NCBI GenBank assembly: GCA_973895155.1
Contig: OZ316894.1
Location: 1,814,457 to 1,878,456 of the forward strand
Source: Marsupella aquatica
Taxonomy: Eukaryota; Plantae; Marchantiophyta
DNA length: 64,000 nt
Direction: 5' to 3'
Part shown: positions 1 through 11,108 of the stretch, in pieces
How the letters are laid out: each line of letters opens with the position of its first letter
Numbering within the stretch: the stretch's first letter is position 1
Notes under the pieces: model-generated
Database searches by the model: none
What the model was told of the DNA's origin: nothing
Seen by the model: the letters and a program-made list of their open reading frames with translations, nothing else
Made by a program: the position numbers and the translations under genes

Positions 1-534
1 GCTTTAACCCTGAGAATAGTACGACTAGTAGAGGTGTCCAGGGTGTCGTTAGCTTGCCGCTGCAAGTACACAAAATCTCCCACATCAAACTTCCTGACCT
101 TGGGCTGAAAAGTGCCCCCTCGTGTGTGTGCATAACGCAGTGTGTCCCTGTGCTGTGCAATGGCCAAATTCTCCATGGCCATGGGCATAACCCTCCTGAA
201 TAGGGCATCCCTCTCTGAGATCACATCAGACCAAGTCACAACTGAATCCAAGTCCACCACCTGAAGCATGTGAGCAGCATAGCAGAAGGTGGAACTGGGT
301 GACGACCAAACAACAAGACGTAGGGAGAAAAGTTAGACAGTGATGCATGTCTAGACATCCTATACCCCATGGCAATGTAGGGTAAGGCCAGGTCCCAATC
401 CTCCTTGTTTTGGTGAGGCAGATCTTCCGAAGGCCCTTCTTGCATGTCTGAACCATGCGCTCTGCCAAGCCATCTGCCTGTGGGTGATCTCGTGATGTCC
501 GACGATGATCAATGAGGGCCTGATCAAGCAGCTC
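1..534 (-). pseudogene. Integrase C-terminal continuation (frameshifted), truncated by the window edge
   Basis: HPQADGLAERMVQTCK, WDLALPYIAMGYR and SPYVLLFGRHP motifs in shifted frames. Confidence 0.85.
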
Positions 535-3042
535 CTAGAACTCTCCTCTGAACTCTGATCCCTGGTCAGTGAGACATTCTGCACAAGCTCCAAAGCGACT
601 GAGAACTTGTTGCAAGAATGCCTGGCTGGTGCTACGGGAGGTCTTATCCGGCAATGCCACAAGTTCTATCCACTTGGAGAAATGCTCTATCATGATCATG
701 ATGTAGAGATTACCCCGAGATGTGAGGGGTAATTCTCCAGCCAAATCACATGACCAACGATAAAACATGCCCTGAATAGGGAGTGGATGAAGTGTGGGTT
801 GCCGAGATGTGAAAGAAGTCCTTACCTTATCACACTGCTCACACCGGGCAATAACATCTCGAACCTGGCCATGCATGCCTCTCCAATGATAATGGGGGAC
901 CAAGAGACTATAAGTCCTCTTAACATCAAAATGACCAAGCTCAGAATGTACCTTACGGATAAGGCCAACCCTCTCATGAATGGGTGGAACCACCACTTCC
1001 CTGTCTAGTAGGCAGCGTACAAGATGATCTCCCTTCCACAAGTAGCGCTTGGACCTTTGCTGAATTCGGTCTCTTTGGGCAACAGTAACATGGGTGGGGT
1101 ACTCCCCATGCTGCAGAAATCTCAGAGTGTCGCTGTCCTCCCATATATCCACCATAGGTTGGCCAACAATGTAGCATGGCAACAAAGCAAGATAGGTAGA
1201 TGCATGAAATGTAGGCAGGATGGAAACCTGGTCAAAATCCTGCCGTGCATCTGAGGAATCATCAGAGGTAATCAAAGGGCTACGGGACATAGTGTCAGCA
1301 TTCTGATGTATCACACCAGGCCTATGAATTACCTCAAAGTCATACTCCTGGAGTATGAGCGCCCAACAAGCAAGCTTGCCAGTAAGCTTGTCATTGGTCA
1401 TCAACCACTTCAAGGGCTGGTGGTCGGTGTAGAGGACAAACCTGGTCCCATAGAGGTAGGGCCTGTAATGGATGACAACCCACACAACAGCAAGGCATTC
1501 ACCCTCATACGAAGAATAATGACTCTCTGCCTGATTGTTGCTCCTGGATGCATAGGCAATGACGTACTCTTTACCTTCCTCATCATGCTGGCCCAGAATG
1601 GCACCAATCCCAAGGGCACTCCAATCTATGTGTAGCACAAAGACCTTGCTGAAATCAGGTCTTCTCAGCACTGGGTATTCTAAGAGCTTCTCCTTCAAAG
1701 TGGCAAATGCTGCCTCAGCATCTGTACTCCATGTCCAAGTCACATTCTTTTTCAACAAAGCATACAATGGGTGTGCAATGGTGCTGAAATCTTTGATGTA
1801 GATCCGGTAGTAATTGCACAACCCAATAAAACTCCTCAAAGTGTGAACATCGGTAGGAGTGGGCATTTCCAAGATGGATACCACCTTGGCCCAATGAGCC
1901 ATGGTTCCATTTGGAAGAATGCGGTGCCCAAGGTATACTACTGATCTGACAGCAAATTCACACTTCTTGGGGTGTATCTTTAGGTTCACCTTCTTAAGCC
2001 TCATGAATAGCTCCTCAAGGTCAAGTAGATGCTGGTCAAATCCTTTGCTGTGGACCAACACATCATCAATGTAGCATTTCAGAAACTCAGCACCTTGAAG
2101 AACCTGGTCCATGACTCTTTGAAAGAATATGGGCGCATTCTTCAAGCCAAATGGCATCACCAACCACTCCCATAGTTGGTTACTGCCATGGAAAGTTGTT
2201 TTCTTGCGGTCCTTTGCAAGCAGCAAAATCTGGTTAAAGCCTTGCCTTAGATCCACAAGAGTGAAGATGTCTGAATCTCCAATGCTGTCAAATAGCTCCT
2301 CTGGCCGTGGCATGGGGTACCTGTCCTGGGGTGTGACCAGGTTCAGTGGCCTGTAGTCCCCACACATGCGCTTCTCTGTCCACAATCCACTAGAATCCTT
2401 CTTTGCTGACATCACTGTAGCTACTGCAAAATTTGATGTAGATGGCTGAATAAGACCAACTTCATAGAGCTCTTGGCACCTCTCATCCACCAGCTGCCAC
2501 TCATGCTTACTCAAACGATGTCTCCGCCTGAAGATAGGTGTTTCATCAACCAACTCAATGGAGAACTGCATGGTCTTGCACTTACCCAAGTCCTTCATAG
2601 AGAAAGCAAACATGTTCTCATGCTTGAGGAGCAAATTCAGCAGCTGGTCCTTCTGTCTTTTACTCAGGTGGTTGCCCATGATGAACGTGTAGTTGGCAAC
2701 ACTAGGAATAGGACCTGATGTACTCATGCTTGAAGAGCCAGAAGTGCTAGCCTCTCCACTGTCCAAGCTGCTAGCATGCTGCTGATAAGGTGATGAGGCC
2801 TCTCCAAGGCCTATTGTATGTGTTGCTCTGGTCTGATCCACACCATGAAACTCAGAAATAATATCAGCCACGTTACAAGGGACCTCCTCCCCCCAACACT
2901 TGGACTGAAGCGGTGAGTGTTGAATAGAGGTAAGTGCACTTGGTCTGGATGCCATGTAGCAGCACCATGGAGTGGTAGGGCTGGAACTCCTGATGCTGGA
3001 TGAATGTACATCTGAAAAAGGATGCAAGTGACCAGAAGCCAA
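535..3042 (-). CDS. Gypsy reverse transcriptase-RNase H-integrase (pol), ending at a premature stop inside the integrase core
   Basis: RMCGDYRPLN, VMPFGLKNAP, YIDDVLV, LRSFIGLCNYY, IAYASR, YTDHQPL, HSELGH...CEQC and LTDQGSEF motifs. Confidence 0.95.
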   Translation of the reverse strand: MASGHLHPFSDVHSSSIRSSSPTTPWCCYMASRPSALTSIQHSPLQSKCWGEEVPCNVADIISEFHGVDQTRATHTIGLGEASSPYQQHASSLDSGEASTSGSSSMSTSGPIPSVANYTFIMGNHLSKRQKDQLLNLLLKHENMFAFSMKDLGKCKTMQFSIELVDETPIFRRRHRLSKHEWQLVDERCQELYEVGLIQPSTSNFAVATVMSAKKDSSGLWTEKRMCGDYRPLNLVTPQDRYPMPRPEELFDSIGDSDIFTLVDLRQGFNQILLLAKDRKKTTFHGSNQLWEWLVMPFGLKNAPIFFQRVMDQVLQGAEFLKCYIDDVLVHSKGFDQHLLDLEELFMRLKKVNLKIHPKKCEFAVRSVVYLGHRILPNGTMAHWAKVVSILEMPTPTDVHTLRSFIGLCNYYRIYIKDFSTIAHPLYALLKKNVTWTWSTDAEAAFATLKEKLLEYPVLRRPDFSKVFVLHIDWSALGIGAILGQHDEEGKEYVIAYASRSNNQAESHYSSYEGECLAVVWVVIHYRPYLYGTRFVLYTDHQPLKWLMTNDKLTGKLACWALILQEYDFEVIHRPGVIHQNADTMSRSPLITSDDSSDARQDFDQVSILPTFHASTYLALLPCYIVGQPMVDIWEDSDTLRFLQHGEYPTHVTVAQRDRIQQRSKRYLWKGDHLVRCLLDREVVVPPIHERVGLIRKVHSELGHFDVKRTYSLLVPHYHWRGMHGQVRDVIARCEQCDKVRTSFTSRQPTLHPLPIQGMFYRWSCDLAGELPLTSRGNLYIMIMIEHFSKWIELVALPDKTSRSTSQAFLQQVLSRFGACAECLTDQGSEFRGEF

Positions 3043-4418
3043 GTGAGAGCATTGAGATCCATTACCCTGCCAAGTAAAGCATTCCTGGCCAACCTAGTAA
3101 TTTTGGTGGGACCTGTAGTACCGGGTTGGAAGCCCATAGCCCGTTCTCTCTCCTCAGGACTAGGTTCATCCCATGTACCGGTAGAATGTCGATAAACCAG
3201 GCCAGGACCATCACCCTGAAAAGCATGTGCACCTGGAAAGGATACAAATGTAGGCCAAGCAACACGGGGTTGTCCAATGGTATTGGCTGGATACCAAGGT
3301 GCTGGCTCTTGCCGTGTAACTGGTTGGCAAGAACTGTCAGGATCCAAAATCTGGTCCACTTTGAGGTTAGTGTCCCTGGATGTGTGGTGAAGAGCTAACT
3401 CCAACAAGGAAGGTGGTGCAAGGTTAGTCCAAAAGTTACGAAGACGATGTGCATAAGAACCACAGTGCACTGCATCAATGAGAAAGGGTGGTCCCAAGTA
3501 GTGCTGGACCACACTGAAATCCTCTTTAACTTGTGGACGCTGGTCAAACTGAGATGGAGTATTCTCAATGATATAACCAACAGCAGGATAAAGGGATTGA
3601 GCCCAGGTGAGAATCTGAACCAATGTTGTGAAAAGGCCAGAACGAGAGTCATGCAATCCAGCACCATGACCAGCAGCTGAAAACCCTTGGCATTCCCAAC
3701 CAGCTATGATCAAATCAAGGGAACCAAGAAGGGTTAAGTGTCGGTGCTGGACAAGCTGGATATTTGGAGGGAAGAAAGAAAATGCAAACTTCCATGCATT
3801 GTGTGGAAACTGCTGGGGAAATCGTTCTGAAAATTCCAGTAGACAAGATTCAGCCACTTGCCTTGCACCTGGATCAATGTCCACGTAGATGTACTGCTTC
3901 ACCACCATGCCGGACTGTAGGAGAGCTTCCAGGCCTGTAGAAATGCCACCAAAAAGCTCAAGCAATGTAAGGCCATCCGGAGTAGGAGTCCATGTAACTG
4001 GTGCGCTCAAGATTGAGGCTATTGGTTGTCCATTGTGCTGCCCAAGGTCCTCAAATTTGCGCAATGCAACCACCAAAGGTCCATGGGCTGCTTGGAGTTG
4101 ATGATCCATGTTGCTAGAAAGTGCTGCTATACGTGCAGCAGCATGTGCAGCAGCCACCTCATCATCATCCTCAATCCAATCCTGCAATGGGTGGTTGACA
4201 TAGGTAGCTGTGTGCACTGCTTTCAACACACAGTGGTGAGCCATAGGTGTATGAGCACCATGCAAATCAAGTGGAATGTAGCCCAAGTGTGAGCCATCCG
4301 TATGCCAAGCAACTCTGTAGTATGCATGCTCATGCCAGTTGTCAATGGTAAAATCTGGTGGGAACAAAGCCTCCTGGCCAATGAGCACATCATACGTAGT
4401 GCATTGGTAACCAAACAT
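2811..4418 (-). CDS. Retrotransposon-encoded C5-cytosine DNA methyltransferase (DNMT3-like catalytic domain at ~3050-3975), part of the polyprotein
   Basis: Uninterrupted 535-aa ORF with C5-MTase motifs in canonical order: I LLELFGGISTG, II YVDID, IV LIIAGWECQGFS, V DSRSGLF, VI IIENT, VIII AHRLRNFWTN, IX ERERAMGF, X LLGRVMD. Confidence 0.9.
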   Translation of the reverse strand: MFGYQCTTYDVLIGQEALFPPDFTIDNWHEHAYYRVAWHTDGSHLGYIPLDLHGAHTPMAHHCVLKAVHTATYVNHPLQDWIEDDDEVAAAHAAARIAALSSNMDHQLQAAHGPLVVALRKFEDLGQHNGQPIASILSAPVTWTPTPDGLTLLELFGGISTGLEALLQSGMVVKQYIYVDIDPGARQVAESCLLEFSERFPQQFPHNAWKFAFSFFPPNIQLVQHRHLTLLGSLDLIIAGWECQGFSAAGHGAGLHDSRSGLFTTLVQILTWAQSLYPAVGYIIENTPSQFDQRPQVKEDFSVVQHYLGPPFLIDAVHCGSYAHRLRNFWTNLAPPSLLELALHHTSRDTNLKVDQILDPDSSCQPVTRQEPAPWYPANTIGQPRVAWPTFVSFPGAHAFQGDGPGLVYRHSTGTWDEPSPEERERAMGFQPGTTGPTKITRLARNALLGRVMDLNALTWLLVTCILFQMYIHPASGVPALPLHGAATWHPDQVHLPLFNTHRFSPSVGGRRSLVTWLILFLSFMVWIRPEQHIQ

Positions 4419-5236
4419 CTGACTGGGAAATGTAGTTCTTGATCTGTAAATCCATTAAAAGTGAGAGTAAGTAAAGTAGAACTCTCACCCAGCACATCCT
4501 CCACAGTGCCACTAGCAGCCCGAATGTGCCACCTGGATTGTTGTAAATGATCAGTCATTAGTCCCATCTTCTTGGCAAACTGAATGCCCAATATCACTGG
4601 TTGAGCGCCTGTGTCTAGCATGACCACCTGAGGAGTGTGACCCTCCAACTTGACCGCTGAATTCCTGTTGTCAACAATGGCAATGGTGGTGGAAATTGAA
4701 GTCCTGTTGCTAGGTACCACTTTTGGCAAATGATGAGGTACCTTGTGAAGGGAGTTAGTGTCCACGGTCTTTCCACTCAACAGCATAGTCAGGAAAGATG
4801 GAGCAGCATGACCAGAGTCCAGTGTAGCTCTAGTCACACAATCTGTAGCAATACTGTCATCTCTACCACTGGAAATTGATACTGGGATAGCCAAACCAGT
4901 GGAAGCATGTAATGGAGAAGAAGAAGGTCCAGTATGTACATGAGATTGGACCTCCAAAACCGGTGTCACAGGGGCTGATGAAGAATGCAGTGAGCCCTCT
5001 AGCGCTCTGATGACAGCTCTAGTATCCAGTTGTAAATCATGGCAACTAAAAAGTGGAGTTGTAAGAATCCTTTGTGCCATACCGGGGGAGACAAGCTCAA
5101 GCAGCTCAGGAGAAACAACTCCCTGTGAAATGTCAGCAGCACCTGGTGGTGGAATGGATGTAGCTGCAGCTCCCTCCCCCCTCGCCAACAAGGTGCGCTC
5201 TTCAGCAAGTGTGAGTGGCTGAAAAGATTGGGGCAT
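4223..5236 (-). pseudogene. Retropepsin-type aspartic protease region of the Gypsy polyprotein
   Basis: VMLDTGAQPVILG active-site motif at ~4590-4630. The closing YDVLIG motif lies in the next frame after a 1-bp shift near 4400. Confidence 0.85.
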
Positions 5237-5286
5237 GACAGCCCGAGCTCCCCTGGCTCCTAGTCATAGGACCGGCAGCAAGACCA

Positions 5287-7059
5287 TCAGCTTGTACAAT
5301 GCGGCGTGTGGGAGCAATACGGGAGGCAGCACTGGTAAGCAAAATAGGAAGGGCAGAATGAATCTGAAAATTCTGCTGTAAGGCCAGGCTGTGTAGTAGA
5401 GGACAGCACACACTCACCCATATGAGCATCAAATGGCAAGCCATAGAAAGAGCGGGGTAGAGATGCTGAACTGTCAGTGGTGCCTGGGCTAGGGATGGGT
5501 TGCACGTGACCAGCCGGTTGAGAAGGACCAGCAGAGGCAGGTGACTTGCCTTTGATGTTGGCAAGTTGGGCACGTAGGGACTCAACCTCATGAGTCAGAG
5601 ACTGGAGTTGAGTTTCCTGGGCATTGTGAGCCTCCTTCTGAGCTGGTTGCTTCTGTTGCTGCTTGGGCAATTTGTTGGCACTGGGTGCTTTGCAACTGGA
5701 AGGAGGAGCAACTGATGCAGTAGGAGCCCTCCTAGCTGGTGGGGGAGTGGAAGTAGGAGCAGGATGAGTGGCTTGTTGTCATAGCTGCTTCCTCTCTGGA
5801 AATTTGGCAAAACAAACTGCTTCCAAGTGACCCACTTTCCCGCAAAAATCACAAGACAGATCCTCAGCAACAATATCACATTCATTAGCCTTTTGAGTGG
5901 GGTTACCACAGTAGTTGCAAGATGGCAGCATGAAAGCAGCATGTGCTGGCTTGGTCTTGGAACCATATTGTGGCACACGGGAAGGGGTGGCCAGTGTAGG
6001 GGCAGCAGCCTGATACCTGGATCGCGGTGGACGCGCAATACTGGCCTCATAATGTGCATGGGCCAACTCAAGTTTCTCAGCAGTGTCATAGACATTGAGA
6101 AATGTGTAGCTGTCTCCAAACTCTGAGAAGACTTGCCGCAACACTTGTGAATGGAGAGCTGGTGTGCCCTCCAATGCGTGAAGATAGTGATGAGCAACTT
6201 CCAGGTCAGTGATGCTCTGGGTGTCCTCCTTCAGCTTGAGAAGCCGGCGATACATCATCTTCAATGTTTCATCGCGCTGCCTCACAAAGGTGGCCAACTG
6301 CATGATTTTGTCAGCACTCTTGATTGGGAATTCCAATTCAAGAACCTGGAAAAACTCAGCCACTGGATCAGCAAAGGCAGGAGAATCAATGGTGGGAGAA
6401 ATGCCTAATGTAGCCTGTGCCAAGACAGTGGGAGTAACTGGCGCAGTGGTAGGAACTGGAGTAGGAGGGGAAGTGGCAGGAGCAGCAGCATGGGCTGCAA
6501 TGGCATTCTATAAGGCCAATTGTGAGGCTGCCGCAATTGCACTGGCATAGGTAGGGTTAGGCAACTGTGTGACAGCAAGCAGCCATTGAGAATGCTGCTC
6601 ATACACATCCAAAGCCTCATGGTGCATATACCTGGCTAGTTGCTTAAATGCAAACGCATTTGTGAAATTGCTGCCGTACTTCAACTCCAATTCATAAACG
6701 ATAGTATAGAAAGTGGATTTGAACTCACACAAAGAAACAGTGCCTGGACGCCCACTGAAGCGCTCAATGCGGCCAGATGAGTGACTAGCATCCATGCTGT
6801 ATGTCGGTGAAGCTGGAACAATCACTGATGCAGAAGGAGTAAAGGGCAGAGAAGCGATAGAAGGCTTCGGGGTAGTGGTAAAGCGACCGCCAAATGTAGC
6901 AGAAGGATTGCGTGGTGTGGGTGCTGCTGCTGTCTGCTGGCGTCGTCGAAATTGCCGAGACTCCAATGAAATTGGCACCAACGCTCGTGGATCACTCCGT
7001 AAGTGGTACCTGGGCGTTGGTGGCGATGAGCTGCTACCTCCCGGCTTGTCTGCTGACAT
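5287..7059 (-). pseudogene. Gypsy gag (capsid-like region plus zinc knuckles), frameshifted
   Basis: ORFs 6508..7113 (IERFSGRPG...FK), 5779..6423 (CNYCGNPTQKANEC and CDFCGKVGHLEAVC knuckles) and 5287..5670 (coiled coil) are in different frames. Confidence 0.8.
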
Positions 7060-7539
7060 GCTGTGTGACAATACCCAAAATGTGTAAAGACTGAGAAAAC
7101 CCATCACCGTCAAAAAACCATCGGGGAAAAAGGACCCTTAAAACCTCAAATTGTGTTCCCGTTGCGCTTGCCTATGTGTATACATAGGCGATGTGGGATT
7201 GCCGTCCCATGTGTATACCCCGGGCCCGCAGCCTGATGCAGATGACCGTCGGCAGTAGCAAAGAAATCCGCAAAGAAATGGCCCAAAAAAACCAAAAAAA
7301 TGTGAAAGGGGGGGCCCTTAAGTGTATACGTCGGCCCCGGCGTGGACCCAGAAACTGACGGAAGGCGCGCGTCGACCGGAAAGAAAAATAAGGTGGGGAC
7401 CGGCAACCGAGCAAGTGTGTATACACACTCGGGGCACCGTGCGCTATGCTGCAGACGAATAAATGCGAAAGCGAGGCGAGGCAAAAAAGAAAAGGGTGAG
7501 GCGAGGAAAAGAAACGGCCCCTAATGGGCTCGAGCCCTG

Positions 7540-7935
7540 CATAGGCTTCGCGCCCCCTCTCCTTATGCTCCCGAAGAGGTGGGGGCTATGAGCTCCCCCT
7601 CCCCTCTTAAACGCGCTGTGGGCCTCGTGCCTGGCTCGAATGTACTCCCTAGGTTCCGTTTAATGCAGCATAGGGCCTCGTGCCCTCTCCTTGCGCCCCT
7701 GCTTTGACTCCCCCTCCCCCTGATTTAAATCCCTCATAGGGCCTTATGCCCCTGGCAGAAACTCCCAAGGAGGGAGTCGTATGTACTCCCGAGAAGGGAG
7801 TCGACTTAACTCCCCTCCCCCTCCTTAATTCCTCATAGGGCTTCGTGCCCTCCTTCCGCTTCCCCCCTCCCCTTGCGCTTGGTGCTCGGCTCTCCCCCTC
7901 CTCTTTAATCCAGCATTGGGCCTCGTGCTCCCTCC
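7540..7935. repeat. About six degenerate copies of a ~19-nt hairpin motif (consensus CATAGGGCCTCGTGCCCTC) in the GC-rich leader/LTR region of the Gypsy element
   Basis: Copies start near 7541, 7618, 7669, 7735, 7835 and 7915. The best copies form an AGGGC/GCCCT stem with a 5-nt loop. Confidence 0.7.
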
Positions 7936-10739
7936 TCTCCTCGCGCTGCCAGCCCCTATTGAGTGCAGGGGACGATGCCCTATGCACGGACAGCCAGGAG
8001 GCGAAGGAAGGAAAATGGCCGGAAAGGGGAAAAACATCGAGGTGAGACCACAGCGCAGCGGAAATGGTGAGAAAAATGGGTCTGCGGCCCTATGCAGGTC
8101 GCATTGCAGTGGCAAGGCCGGCTCACCGGCAGCCGTGGCCGGGGAATACGAAAAACGGGCCCGAAATTAAAGAAATGGCGATGGCGCAGTGGCGGCAGGT
8201 CGCGGCAGTAGGTCGCAAAGCAGGTTGTGGTTGGAACGAAAAACCTGGGTCCCCACGGGAGTGTTATGTGTATACACTTAAAGTATACACATAACACCAC
8301 ACTAAACCCATAGCTTTGAAACCGTCGTTCCAATGTCTGTCGAGGAAATTGCAACGGCTTCACCAAAAATTGTCGAAATTGTCACGAGCAATCTTCTTCC
8401 CTTCACCGCTAATTCGACAGTTCTTCTTGAATAAAAGGCGTGGTAGAAACAAGTGTACTGAAATCAAATCGAAAACCGGCGGGATGCCAAGATCTGCCGG
8501 GAGCATCTAATGAATCACTGTGTGAATCCCGTGTACGGAACCGACGAGCACTGTCTGAGCTCTGTCGACAGCGATTCAAGAAGAACTGAAAAAACCCACA
8601 AAGAAAGACATGCCCTAAGTAAACAAAGTCCTGACGTCACACTAACAAGCGCGTTTGCTTCAAGAACGCCTGGCATTTGCTATAAGAACATGTCACTAAC
8701 TCAAGTAGTACACTAGCCCTAACTACATACCTAGCGGGCATGCAAGGGACATGCCGATGTGCATAAGAGGCACTGTCCCTCGGCATGACAATAACACTAA
8801 TTAATGTGAACAGTGTAGATCCCTGGCCCACATATCTAAAACCAACTACAGTAGACCTCCCAATATGCCCCCCTAGGTAGCCTTGAAATAGTCATATTAT
8901 TTTGGCTAAAAAATGTTTCATTATAATAGAATTGCATTCAAGATACAATATACCACCACAGCTCACACTTGATGATAATACAGGTTAGGCTCTTTTGTAG
9001 AGAGAACTCAGTTTTTTAACTTCTACAATATAATATCTATTAAAAGTCACAAGCATATATTGCAGGGTTTGTTACAACCTTGTTCAAATTACCTAGGTCT
9101 CAGTTACCTTGCATCCCATTGTGGGCTCTGCTAGCAAAGTTTTAAAGGCCAATCTGCACACCAAAAAATTGATTGTAGAAGTGTGTTGGCACAATAGGAG
9201 AAAACAATCAAATATTTGAAGTTTAACTAGCCTAGACAGCTTCTCCGCACCTGATTCTCCGTGGAATTCTATGTACAACAGGAACCACAACATATGTAAC
9301 AAGCACCAGACAAGCCTGTATTGCATACAAGCTCATCATCACAAAGGACTAACAATCACTTGCAGCTTCAGCCCTCTAGAGACTTTCTCTTTTGCGAACT
9401 TCCTTGACATTCTATTGACAGTGATCAATGGAATGTCAACCTGGGTCTGAGTTTGTAGACCTCCAAACTCATTTCCCCACTCTGCATACTGCAGGGCTTA
9501 CACAACCATATCAAAGTGGGTCTTTGCAGATCTTCAAATTCCTTAAACACTTTGCTTCCTTGAATGTGCTGAAACGCTTACACAACCTACAAATCCGGTC
9601 TTGTTTCGTGACTTCTCAAGGTAACACCATAAATTGATTTCAATCAACACCAACCCTTTCTTAATCAGGCTGATCTCGATGGACCATATCACATATTAAT
9701 GCCAATTATATCAACTTGGAAAATCCAAGAATTCAACCCCAACAAGCATTTGTAGACCTGTTGTCCCATCTGTCATGCATCATGTGTGGCAGTTGGACAC
9801 TTTGTGTGTTAGCCTTTGTGTGTAGCCTCCAGTTCTGCCCCAACTACCTCTATATGGTGGTCTTTCTGCCTCTGGGACTGTCTCCCTCTCCTCACGAGGA
9901 GGAATGCAGTGGGGATGCTGATGCAGGAATGACATCCTCCCTTGAGACTGGGTCAGAGATTTGGGCATATAATAATGTAGCTCCCACTAGTTCCAGGGGT
10001 GGTTTCACCATCCATATTGTCCTACACATCAACCAGGGCATCCACTTGACATCACACCAAACTTGGTGCCTTTCTCCTTAACTTTCCATGGTGAATTCCA
10101 CCATAGCTTATCCTTATAAGATGTTGATCGAAGGATTCATTATTTTACATTCAATTGTTGCACTTTGAATAGGCCAATGAACTTAAATCCCTCCTTTAAA
10201 TGCAAGATGACATTTGCAGCAGTCTCAATCAGTGTGTAAACTACTTGATCTATTGCCTTTTCAATCCCGTTTTCCCAAGGGTGATTAGTCATCCATAATT
10301 ATGCTTTTGTGCTTTTTTATGGCTCTTTCCAACTTAGTTGCACCCGTCATTCATTTTGCCAGATCCCTTGCAGCCAACCTGTTAAGAGAGATACCGCATG
10401 CTGTTTTAGCTTTGCTCATTACCAAAGCATACCTCCTATGGACAAAAAATGTTCATAAGCATCTAACCCGGTCAAATGCAGTAGCACTGGTTAATTAGGC
10501 ATTTACTCTTAGGTCTAACTAAGGCTATACTCAAATGCAGTAGCACTGGTTAATTAAGCATTTACTCTTAGGTCTAAGTTTATCATGTAACTTACAGTAG
10601 TTAGTCTAACAGTAGTCAAGTTGGAAAGACAACACAAAGGTTACTATGGCGGTGAAATGGCATGTTCAGTTTGGTCATTATCTTGAGAGGTTTCATTTGG
10701 CTTCGATGGTTGAGTTCCTTTGAAACGATGATGTGCATT

Positions 10740-11108
10740 GATCCTGGTGAATAGTTGTTCCTGTGAATGACTGAGGATTCGATGAGGATTGTGGAGCTAA
10801 GTTTGTGCTGGCTATCGAGACTTTTGCCCATCTGAATGATGAAGTAGCTGTGGTTTGATCGAGGTTTATTGATCGATGCGTCTTCCAGCGATCGAACAAC
10901 AGCGATATTTCAAGCAGATCCTGGTGCTGATCCTGGTGAATAGTTGTTCCTGTGAATGACTGAGGATTCGATGACGATTGTGGAGCTAAGTTTGTGTTGG
11001 ATATCGAGACTCTTGCCAATCTGATGAAGTAGTTGTGGTTTGATCGAGGTTTATTGATCGATGCGTCTTCCAGCGATCGAACAAAAGCGATATTTCGAGC
11101 AGATCCTG
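10740..11108 (+). repeat. Tandem duplication (~189-bp unit x2) directly upstream of the kinase start
   Basis: GATCCTGGTGAATAGTTGTTCCTGTGAATGACTGAGG begins at 10740 and again at 10929, with near-identical continuation. Confidence 0.9.

Larger units (their letters stand above)
1..8300 (-). mobile_element. Ty3/Gypsy LTR retrotransposon with domain order gag-PR-C5 DNA methyltransferase-RT-RNaseH-integrase; 3' part runs off the left edge; 5' LTR boundary not resolved
   Basis: Minus-strand ORFs give, in order: CCHC knuckles, LDTGA protease, DNMT motifs, RT (YIDD), RNase H (YTDH) and integrase (HHCC zinc finger plus core). RT-RH-IN order is the Gypsy order. Several 1-bp frameshifts and stops are present. 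Confidence 0.93.

Noticed and set aside
7290-7310. ACCA-AAAAAA-TGTG as a PBS/LTR junction for the Gypsy element
   Set aside because: The upstream sequence is an A-run rather than a tRNA 3' end, and the partner LTR is outside the window, so the boundary cannot be verified.
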